From contig JBBDJA010000010.1 in NCBI GenBank assembly GCA_040880105.1, forward strand, positions 32,001-96,000: a stretch of DNA of 64,000 bases. Reading direction: 5' to 3'. Source of the stretch: Waddliaceae bacterium (lineage in GTDB: Bacteria > Chlamydiota > Chlamydiia > Chlamydiales > SLOH01). The notes below the pieces were generated by a model, which did not search any database, was not told the origin of the DNA, and worked only from the letters and a program-made list of their open reading frames with translations. Position numbers and translations under genes: made by a program. Shown here piece after piece: positions 41,295-49,443 of this stretch (positions are counted from its first letter, which is position 1; each line of letters opens with the position of its first letter).

Positions 41295-41780
41295 ATGGCA
41301 CATAAAATTTTATTACTTGAAGATGTTCGTAAATTGGGAAGAAAAGGAGATGTAGTCTCTGTACGCCCTGGATTTGCGAGAAACTATTTGATTCCAAACG
41401 GTGTCGCTTTGCGCGCCGACAAACACACTCTTCGTTTAAAAGAGCGATTGGAAGAAGAAAGAAAGCAAAAAGCTGTAGAAGATCGTACAGAAGCTGAGGG
41501 ATTTGCTTCTAAAATTGATGGCACTGTTGTTTCAGTCACAGTTAAAGTTGACCCTGCAGGCCATATGTATGGCTCTGTTTCAGCAACTGACGCTGCGAAT
41601 CTCTTGTCAAAAGAGACAGGTCTTGAAATTGATAAATCTTCAATTGATTTGAAGCATCCGATCAAAAAGCTTGGCGATCACTCTCTTTCAGTTCTTCTTA
41701 AAGAAGATGTTAAAGCATCATTTACTGTTAAAGTGGTAGCTGAAGGCGCAAGTGAGATTGAAGAGGTGGAAGCTGAGTAA
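41295..41780 (+). CDS. rplI: 50S ribosomal protein L9
   Basis: LGRKGDVVSVRPGFARNYLIP, YGSV. Confidence 0.98.
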   Translation: MAHKILLLEDVRKLGRKGDVVSVRPGFARNYLIPNGVALRADKHTLRLKERLEEERKQKAVEDRTEAEGFASKIDGTVVSVTVKVDPAGHMYGSVSATDAANLLSKETGLEIDKSSIDLKHPIKKLGDHSLSVLLKEDVKASFTVKVVAEGASEIEEVEAE

Positions 41781-42609
41781 GAAGTCTGTTTCTTATTTTT
41801 CTCCCGCAAAAATCAATCTATTTCTCAAAGTCGTCGGGAGATTTCCCGACGGCTATCATGAGATTGAAACTTTAATGCAGACAATCTCCCTTTTTGATGA
41901 AATTACATTTAGTATTTCAAAGAGTGACACTCTTCGTTGCGACTGCTCTCAAATTCCCACAAATCGCTCGAATCTGATATGGAAAGCTGTTGATGCTTTT
42001 AGAGAAGAGACTAAGGTTCATACACCACTTGATATCAATCTTAAAAAGCGTATCCCTCACGAAGCTGGGCTTGGAGGGGGGAGTGGAAATGCAGCCACTA
42101 CCTTATGGGCTCTTAATCAACTATTTAATACGGATCTCTCAGTAGAGTCGCTGAAATTAATAGGAGCGAAGATCGGATCCGATGTTCCTTTCTTCTTTTC
42201 ATCCGGCCGCGCCTATTGTAAAGGGCGAGGAGATCAGTTTGTGGATGTCCCCCTTTTTTCTAAAGACGAATTTTGGGTCGTCAAGCCGCCAATCTCAATT
42301 TCCACTCAGTCTATCTATAATCAATTCAATATCCAAAATGACTTCTCCAAAGAGTGTACAGATGATGTCTTGGGTAGATTACAGGCTGGAAGTCATTGCT
42401 ACTTTAATGATCTGGAAAAACCGGCGTTCCGCTTGCATCCAGCTCTTATGGAATTAAAAACTGAATTCTCGCGGGATTCTTTATCTGATACATGTATGAC
42501 AGGATCGGGATCGGCATTTTTTACTCATATTGAGCCGGAAATAACCGAGAGTCATCTAAAGTTTAAAGTGCAGTCAATTGTCCGAAATCAGTACCATTGG
42601 TATGTGTAA
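41752..42609 (+). CDS. ispE: 4-diphosphocytidyl-2-C-methyl-D-erythritol kinase (start codon uncertain)
   Basis: PAKINLFL, KRIPHEAGLGGGSGNAA, GSDVPFF, MTGSGS. Confidence 0.96.
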   Translation: MRLKRWKLSKKSVSYFSPAKINLFLKVVGRFPDGYHEIETLMQTISLFDEITFSISKSDTLRCDCSQIPTNRSNLIWKAVDAFREETKVHTPLDINLKKRIPHEAGLGGGSGNAATTLWALNQLFNTDLSVESLKLIGAKIGSDVPFFFSSGRAYCKGRGDQFVDVPLFSKDEFWVVKPPISISTQSIYNQFNIQNDFSKECTDDVLGRLQAGSHCYFNDLEKPAFRLHPALMELKTEFSRDSLSDTCMTGSGSAFFTHIEPEITESHLKFKVQSIVRNQYHWYV

Positions 42610-42620
42610 AGTTGAACGTC

Positions 42621-43448
42621 CTAACCTGTCAAAATACCGGCCGAACGCAGCTCCATTCCAAATAGTCTACTGATTAGCTCTTGTTGTCTATAATTTAGTA
42701 CATGTGGATAACCCGTATGTATCCGTTCCCATGTGTTGATTACCTTTCTCAAGGCATCTTGTCTCACAATATAACTGTTTGCTTGAAGTTTCTCTTTCAA
42801 AGCCACATATTCAATGATCATTTCACTATAGTTTCGTCGCGATTTCGGATGGATCTCTTTTGGCTTATTGGCCAGGTCTCCGGTCATTTGATTGTAAAGG
42901 GTAGAAAACCATGCAGAGTGCCCTGACATTTTCTGAAGGTTGAAATGTTCATCAAAACTATCGGGAATATTCCAGTGGGTGTTTTGCGGGAAAATACCTT
43001 TTGCAACACCTTTCTCAATAATGGATTTTGTGCCTAGAGCATTGATATATTCTATTCTTTCCATTGTCTCTATGTACTCAAGTCTAGAAAGCAAACCGGC
43101 CTGCGCAAGTTTGGATACTTCGCTCATTTGATTGGTTGTCTTCGCGTTATGCAGCTCAAAGACGATCGAAATGATGTTATCGCTTAAGGAGTTATGTGCA
43201 TTTTTGTTGAGTTGAATTGTTTTTAGGTCAGGGTTCCAAAGTGCTTGAAATTTCGTATGCTGTGGCTTTATCTCTACGCGTATTGTCCCGATTCGCTCTT
43301 CGACTTCAGAAAGAATTTCATTGACCTCGTCCATTTGGTTGACCAAATGGATCGCTGTTTTGAGTTGCGGGGAATAGTTGGTAAATTCTGCAGAAATTAA
43401 AAAAGGGATAGTTACTAAAGAAACTATAAAAAAGTTTAGTATATTCAT
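42621..43448 (-). CDS. Exported hypothetical protein with a zincin-like FELHN segment
   Basis: Signal peptide from MNILNFF (ATG 43448); IVFELHNA followed by ERIEY. Confidence 0.75.
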   Translation of the reverse strand: MNILNFFIVSLVTIPFLISAEFTNYSPQLKTAIHLVNQMDEVNEILSEVEERIGTIRVEIKPQHTKFQALWNPDLKTIQLNKNAHNSLSDNIISIVFELHNAKTTNQMSEVSKLAQAGLLSRLEYIETMERIEYINALGTKSIIEKGVAKGIFPQNTHWNIPDSFDEHFNLQKMSGHSAWFSTLYNQMTGDLANKPKEIHPKSRRNYSEMIIEYVALKEKLQANSYIVRQDALRKVINTWERIHTGYPHVLNYRQQELISRLFGMELRSAGILTG

Positions 43449-43601
43449 GTTTTTTGTTATTTTAAATTTTAAAAAGTAAATTATATAAGATTTAGTAATA
43501 AAAATCAATTGTTTGAAGTTATTTAAAATACCTAAAGCTCTCTCTTACAGAAAAGAGGTTCTCGTGTTATGATGATCCACTCTGAACCAGGGGATAAAGG
43601 A

Positions 43602-44570
43602 ATGAAGAGAATAGTTGTGACCGGGGGCGCGGGATTTATAGGATCCGGAGTTGTCAAACATCTCAATAATCTAGGATATTCAAACCTGATCATTGTTGAT
43701 GATTTAGGAAATGGTCAAAAGTGGAAGAATTTAGTAGGTAAATCTTTTGAGACGATTGTCCCAATTCATTCATTTTTTGATTGGGTGAAGGGTAGAGAAA
43801 GCGAGATTGATGCCTATATCCATTTAGGTGCTTGCTCATCAACTACTGAAACTGACGCCGACTTTCTCCTCGAAAATAATTACCGCTACAGCGTGCGACT
43901 TGCAGAGATTGCATTACAGAATGACTCTAGATTTATTTACGCCTCCTCAGCTGCAACATACGGCGATGGATCAAGAGGGTTTTCTGATGACCATGACGGG
44001 TTAGAGCTGTTAAAACCTTTAAACATGTACGGATATTCTAAGCAACTATTCGATTTATGGTTAAAACGGCAAGGCGCTCTAAACGATGTTGTGGGACTAA
44101 AGTATTTCAACGTATATGGACCCAATGAGTGGCATAAAGATGAGATGGCTTCTGCTGTTTTGAAAATGTATCCTAGTATTGCATTGGGAAAGCCTGTTTC
44201 TCTTTTTCAATCTAACGACAAGCAGTATGCAGATGGGGATCAATGCCGCGATTTTATTTATGTGAAAGATGCTGTTCGAATGACTTGTGAGTTCCTGCAT
44301 AACACATGCGGCGGTATTTATAACATAGGAACCGGAAACCCGACCACTTGGAATCAATTAATGACAGCAATCTTTCAAGCAGCAGAAAAGCCCGCCCAAA
44401 TTACATATATTCCAATGCCACAAAAGCTGTATAACCAGTATCAAAATTTCACATGCGCGACAGTAGATAAAACCAAAAAAGCGCTAGGAAATCAATCGGA
44501 GTGCCTTTCACTCACACGCGCAATTGAAGATTACGTTGTCAATCATCTGAAAGAGGATCTTACATGGTAA
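43602..44570 (+). CDS. hldD: ADP-L-glycero-D-manno-heptose-6-epimerase
   Basis: VTGGAGFIGS, HLGACSSTTE, YASSAATYG, PLNMYGYSK, YFNVYGPNE.HK. Confidence 0.95.
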   Translation: MKRIVVTGGAGFIGSGVVKHLNNLGYSNLIIVDDLGNGQKWKNLVGKSFETIVPIHSFFDWVKGRESEIDAYIHLGACSSTTETDADFLLENNYRYSVRLAEIALQNDSRFIYASSAATYGDGSRGFSDDHDGLELLKPLNMYGYSKQLFDLWLKRQGALNDVVGLKYFNVYGPNEWHKDEMASAVLKMYPSIALGKPVSLFQSNDKQYADGDQCRDFIYVKDAVRMTCEFLHNTCGGIYNIGTGNPTTWNQLMTAIFQAAEKPAQITYIPMPQKLYNQYQNFTCATVDKTKKALGNQSECLSLTRAIEDYVVNHLKEDLTW

Positions 44571-45502
44571 ATTTTGAATCGAAACAAATTGCACTCATCG
44601 GCGATCTAATGCTAGATGCTTATACTTTTGGAAATGTCGAGCGTATCTCGCCCGAAGCACCGGTTCCTATCCTTCATGTCACAAGCGAATCTAATCAACC
44701 CGGAGGGGTTGGAAATGTGGCGCTAAACTTAGCAGCACTTGGGTCAAAAGTTCGATTGATGGGGCGCATCGGCCCGGACAGCAGTGGAGAGATTCTTATC
44801 AAGGAGCTTCAGGATTATAAGATCTGTTGTAAGTCTGTGATTTCGCAGAGCGATTTCTTAACTCCTCGTAAAAATCGACTGATCGCCGGTAACCAGCAAA
44901 TGGCACGCGTGGATCACGAGGTGATTATGCCAATTAACCACGCATTAGAAAACGCTCTTATCCATTCTCTACCAAATTTTTTGTCAGGTGTCGGTGCAGT
45001 TGCCTTATCTGACTATGGAAAAGGAGTACTGACTCCCAATCTCATTCAGGCGGTAATACACGCATCCAAGGTCCCTGTGATTGTAGATCCAAAAGGGACT
45101 GATTTTTCAATCTACCGCGGCGCATGTGTCATTAAGCCCAACCTTAAAGAGGCGTATGGTGCGAGCGGACTTACGCATTCGCACTCATTAGAGCAGGTTG
45201 CGGAAAAACTGTTAACGATCACTCAATGCAAAGCACTTGTGATTACTCGATCGGAAAAGGGAATCTCTCTTTTTAGGCCGAATGCCGAAGCGAAGTTTTT
45301 TCCAGCTAAAAACAGAGAAGTTAAGGATGTAACCGGGGCCGGTGATACCGTACTTGCGACTATAAGTGTTGCTCTTGCCAATGGATTTTCTATAGAAGAG
45401 GCAATTGCTCTTGCAAATATTGCCGCTGGAATTGCTGTTGAAGGGTTAGGTTGCCAGCATGTAACTTTAGATCAAATGAACGCGGTTTATAGTTCGAAGT
45501 GA
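44564..45502 (+). CDS. rfaE1: D-glycero-beta-D-manno-heptose-7-phosphate kinase (stand-alone HldE kinase domain)
   Basis: GDLMLD, RISPEAPVP, SDYGKG, DVTGAGDT; no adenylyltransferase domain attached. Confidence 0.93.
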   Translation: MVNFESKQIALIGDLMLDAYTFGNVERISPEAPVPILHVTSESNQPGGVGNVALNLAALGSKVRLMGRIGPDSSGEILIKELQDYKICCKSVISQSDFLTPRKNRLIAGNQQMARVDHEVIMPINHALENALIHSLPNFLSGVGAVALSDYGKGVLTPNLIQAVIHASKVPVIVDPKGTDFSIYRGACVIKPNLKEAYGASGLTHSHSLEQVAEKLLTITQCKALVITRSEKGISLFRPNAEAKFFPAKNREVKDVTGAGDTVLATISVALANGFSIEEAIALANIAAGIAVEGLGCQHVTLDQMNAVYSSK

Positions 45503-46530
45503 TTTAAGATAGGAATTCCTATCTTATTCATAACAAAGTCAATTGCTTTCCAAGGACGCTGACGTTTTTTGGATAAATGACTTATAGAAAGCGCGTTGTA
45601 TTCCATATGTTTTTCAGCTCGACGGAGACGTTTAAAGGATCCGGCGCCCGCGCTCATGTGAAGAAGACACGCTCTCTCTTCAGCTTCTAACATTAGTGCG
45701 ATAGAAATGAGTCTGTAAAGCCCAAGTTCTTTCGGTTTAGTGGTGTCATATCCAAAAAACGGAGAGGTCATGACTCCGTTTTGACAAAAAAATCCACAAA
45801 CAGCATCGATTTCACCCTCTTTTTCAAAAGCAATAAATTCAAGCAAAGAGGTTTGAAGTGCCATTTCAATAAACTTTGCATTGAACTGCGGGTTGATTTT
45901 GGCGTACTTCTCAATATTTAGCATTCGATATAACTCGGCAATTCGAGGAGCATCCTCTTTCTTTAATGCCACGCGTCGATAGGATGTCTGTTTGAGTAGT
46001 TTCTGATCGCTCTGCACCATTCTTGACTTGAACGCACGCGGTAGCTTCGGGTTGAATATATAGACCGGTCTTGAGGGGATGAGCCTTAAGGGGAGTGGCT
46101 CAAAAAAAGATGGCGTCGTCACTTGATTGATAGATTTAAAGACAATCGCATGATCAGGGTACTCCTTTTGTAGCGAGGAGATAAGTGTAAGGACTTGCTC
46201 TCTTGAGATATCAGGGTAGAGATTTGTTGAAAATAGCCAGTTATTGACCATGACGACTTTATTGATCTCATTGCGTTTGAGAAACTTTCCAGCTCCTTTC
46301 AGGATGATCGCTAAAGGACTTTTAAGCCAAGGAGGAGCTAAATGAGAAAGTTCTTCAATTCCGTATTCAATGTATTGGCCATAAGGTGAGCAAACGTAGG
46401 AGTTGTTAAACTCCGCCTTGTTGTTTGTTAGAGGCAAAGATAGGTTATCAACCTTAAGTACGCTCATATTCGTTATGATATTATCAAAAAAAGCGCTAGG
46501 CCCTTCTTTGATGTAAGCTGCAAAATTCAT
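45487..46530 (-). CDS. GNAT/FemAB-like fold protein
   Basis: SYVCSP, NNWLFSTNLYP, FGYDT..P..LGLYR, HMSAGAGSFKRLR; the last segment resembles a GNAT C-terminus. Confidence 0.7.
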   Translation of the reverse strand: MNFAAYIKEGPSAFFDNIITNMSVLKVDNLSLPLTNNKAEFNNSYVCSPYGQYIEYGIEELSHLAPPWLKSPLAIILKGAGKFLKRNEINKVVMVNNWLFSTNLYPDISREQVLTLISSLQKEYPDHAIVFKSINQVTTPSFFEPLPLRLIPSRPVYIFNPKLPRAFKSRMVQSDQKLLKQTSYRRVALKKEDAPRIAELYRMLNIEKYAKINPQFNAKFIEMALQTSLLEFIAFEKEGEIDAVCGFFCQNGVMTSPFFGYDTTKPKELGLYRLISIALMLEAEERACLLHMSAGAGSFKRLRRAEKHMEYNALSISHLSKKRQRPWKAIDFVMNKIGIPILNHFEL

Positions 46531-46552
46531 TAGCTCCTGCCTGCTTGAAATA

Positions 46553-47320
46553 TTAAAAGTGATAATTAAACATTACGCGACCGCCCCAGATTCGGTACTG
46601 TTCTTCCTTGAAATCATGTGGTGAATTTTCCCACGCTCCATAGTCGCGAAATCGGTAGAAGGGAACGAGTTCAATCGAGTACTGTTTGTTATTAACGCAG
46701 CGAGAAAAGGTTAAAGGAAAATCGACTTCATAATTGACTTTATCACCAATCCGCTTACGTCGAACTTCTCCTCCTCTAATTAAAAAGCGCTCCGCCTCTT
46801 CAACAAATTTTGTTTTAAAGCAAACAGCTACATCCAAGTCATTATGAATGGCAAGTTTCAGTTCAGCTGCTGCAAGGTAATAATGGAAACGTGTATTTGT
46901 TTTACAGTGAACGGGCTCTTTGATGATATTTTCTCCCCAAAAGTTACCATATCCTGCAAAAGGCGTAAAAGAAACCCCGTATGTGCATATCGGTTGATAG
47001 AATGTAAATCCAAGGTAACCTTCCACTTCCGCATCAGATTTCCAAGAAGCCCGTTTTGTCCCGGTTGTATCGTTGCCCTCAATGTTTCCGTAGGCATAAT
47101 ACCCTTCGACACCCCACATTATGCCCCATGGCACTTGTCTAATATAATGTCCATGCACACCATACAGCCAACCGTCCTGCTTACTTCCTTCTGTAATCCG
47201 GCGACTTGTGTAAAAAAATTCAGGCCCAACACCGAGTCGATGACCTTGGAAGAGTGAGCATAAATCGAAGGAGAAAAGTGAAAAGGGAGCTAAGAGAGCA
47301 ATGAGTAAGTACTGTTTCAT
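46553..47320 (-). CDS. Outer membrane beta-barrel protein
   Basis: Signal peptide, amphipathic aromatic-rich strands, C-terminal beta-signal VMFNYHF. Confidence 0.8.
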   Translation of the reverse strand: MKQYLLIALLAPFSLFSFDLCSLFQGHRLGVGPEFFYTSRRITEGSKQDGWLYGVHGHYIRQVPWGIMWGVEGYYAYGNIEGNDTTGTKRASWKSDAEVEGYLGFTFYQPICTYGVSFTPFAGYGNFWGENIIKEPVHCKTNTRFHYYLAAAELKLAIHNDLDVAVCFKTKFVEEAERFLIRGGEVRRKRIGDKVNYEVDFPLTFSRCVNNKQYSIELVPFYRFRDYGAWENSPHDFKEEQYRIWGGRVMFNYHF

Positions 47321-47417
47321 TTCTAATGTTTCCGTAAAGGGCTCTTGTCTTTAATCTATGGTTTATATTTTGTATTGGCATTATGGCGCAATAAAAACAT
47401 GACCATATGAGTGTATA

Positions 47418-47579
47418 GTAACCCCTGATTAACTCAGATTGTTAAATTGAGCACATCTTTCAAGGGAATTTAAGAAAAACGCACTTGATTAACCATCAAG
47501 TGGTTAATTTCGATTGCGTTTTCGGATTTTAGAAAAAATTCATACAAAATTTAATCGACCCGAGTTAATCAGAGGCTCC
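47418..47579. mobile_element. MITE-like element, family A, copy 3 (inverted relative to copy 1)
   Basis: TATA|GTAACCCCTGATTAACTC ... GAGTTAATCAGAGGCTCC|TATA; 4 bp direct repeat on both flanks. Confidence 0.8.
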
Positions 47580-47672
47580 TATAGAAAAAAACCATTTGAT
47601 TGAGATGAAAAAAGTTGAGTTTCTTATGAAAAAACTTTATAAATCCATTTTAGATATATTTGAGGAGTAAAG

Positions 47673-48209
47673 ATGTTTCGTATAATCATGGGCGCAATTT
47701 TGTTATTCGGTTCTGTGCAAGCAAAGGTGTCACACATGAATGTAGACATCAAACAGGAAGTGTTACGAGATTACTATGCCGGGTACACGCAAGAAGACAA
47801 GAATAACTGGAAATTTATTCTAACTAACCTTTCCAATAAACCGCTTACAAAGCTGCTTGCGTTGCGTCCCAAACTTAAATTGGCAGGAGACAAGATTGCT
47901 CATGTGCATCCTCTTCAATTGCTTTGCTGCGCATTTAGCGATGATTCTCTAAAGGTTGCTTTGCGCAATTTACAAGCAAGAGGCGGCTATGTATGGGGTG
48001 AATTTATCAGCGACATGGGAAAATCCTTTGGTGAAGAGATGAACCTAAGCAATATGCGCGATGAGTATATCCATGATTTTAGTTTAAATGTAAAAATCGA
48101 CATCGATTTGATCTATGGTTCCATTCAACAACGCAAATGGGAACATTTCATCAATCTATTGATTAATAACATACCGAGAGACAACCCGTCAGATCCTTGG
48201 GACGATTGA
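47673..48209 (+). CDS. Exported hypothetical protein
   Basis: GAGGAG RBS; signal peptide ending VQA; predicted helical. Confidence 0.85.
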   Translation: MFRIIMGAILLFGSVQAKVSHMNVDIKQEVLRDYYAGYTQEDKNNWKFILTNLSNKPLTKLLALRPKLKLAGDKIAHVHPLQLLCCAFSDDSLKVALRNLQARGGYVWGEFISDMGKSFGEEMNLSNMRDEYIHDFSLNVKIDIDLIYGSIQQRKWEHFINLLINNIPRDNPSDPWDD

Positions 48210-48246
48210 TTTCAAAGTGAATTGACTTGATGCATTAGAGGTTTAT

Positions 48247-49443
48247 ATTAAAAATCATAAACGAATTTTACTTACGGCAGGACGACTTCCAATTACATTG
48301 GAATTAGCAAGGCAGCTAGCAAAGGCTGGGCATACTGTATTTGTGACAGACTGTCTTCCTATGTATGTCTCTAAGTTTTCAAATGCTGTTAAAAAGAGCT
48401 TCACTGTTTCAGACCCACGCAAATTGCCGGACAAATACATACAGGAACACTTGGAGTTAGTTCGAAAATACGACATCGATTTCTTGCTCCCGATTTGGGA
48501 AGATGTCTTATATTTTTCTCAGGTCAAAGAGCAGTTTTTACCTCGATGCGAAGTTTTTTGCGATAACTTTCAAACGCTCTACAAGCTCCATCATAAGTGG
48601 CATTTTATGCAAATGCTTGAAAAATGGGGGATACCCACTCCTCCATCTTTTCTTGTTCGAAATCCAGAAGAGGTAAAAAATGTGGATATCGATAAACCAT
48701 TTGCCTTGAAACCGTGTCTTTCCCGAGCGTCTCAAAATGTCTATAAAATCGATGATAAAAATGAACCGATAGACATCTCTGTTAACTGCGGCGATTGGAT
48801 TGCCCAAGAATGGCTTCGCGGAGATAAATACTGTACCTTGAGCGTTTGTCATGAAGGGAACCTTTCTGCTCACTCCGTTTATCCGGTGACATTTTCTATC
48901 GATAAGAGCTCGTGTTTAAGTTTTGTCTCAGTAGAACATAAGAAAATTTATGAATGGGTCAAGGACTTCGTTAAAAAGGCAAATTTTACAGGCTTAATCG
49001 CATTTGACTTCATCGAACTAGAAGATGGTCGTCTATATCCGATCGAATGTAATCCTCGAGGAACGAGTGGGCTGCATCTATTCGCCTCTACTCCAGAATT
49101 CCCGAGCGCCCTTTTTAAAAGTCCCTCTAATTGCCTCTTTCCTAAGGAACAGAAAAAGCGACAAATTGCTGTTGGCATGCTGATGTATGGCTGGAGAGTG
49201 AAAGGTCAACATTTTTTAAAAGAATTTTTAAGCTCCAAAGATGTCTTATTTTCCGTTAAGGACCCTCTTCCATCTCTTTTAGAGCCGTTTCTTTTGCTGC
49301 AAGTTCTTTTGCTTGCTCTTCGGCAGAAAAAGAACTTACCCGCCTTCTACACTCACGACTTAGATTGGGAGCCGGGAATAAGCGACGCAACTGATGTTCC
49401 TGTTGAAAATCCACTTGTAGACCAACCAAAGAGCTTTGTATGA
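48247..49443 (+). CDS. ATP-grasp domain protein (probable ATT start; first canonical start is TTG 48298)
   Basis: In-frame upstream KRILLTAGRLPITLELAR; ALKPCLSR, WIAQEW, IAFDFI, IECNPR.TSG. Confidence 0.85.
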   Translation: MKNHKRILLTAGRLPITLELARQLAKAGHTVFVTDCLPMYVSKFSNAVKKSFTVSDPRKLPDKYIQEHLELVRKYDIDFLLPIWEDVLYFSQVKEQFLPRCEVFCDNFQTLYKLHHKWHFMQMLEKWGIPTPPSFLVRNPEEVKNVDIDKPFALKPCLSRASQNVYKIDDKNEPIDISVNCGDWIAQEWLRGDKYCTLSVCHEGNLSAHSVYPVTFSIDKSSCLSFVSVEHKKIYEWVKDFVKKANFTGLIAFDFIELEDGRLYPIECNPRGTSGLHLFASTPEFPSALFKSPSNCLFPKEQKKRQIAVGMLMYGWRVKGQHFLKEFLSSKDVLFSVKDPLPSLLEPFLLLQVLLLALRQKKNLPAFYTHDLDWEPGISDATDVPVENPLVDQPKSFV

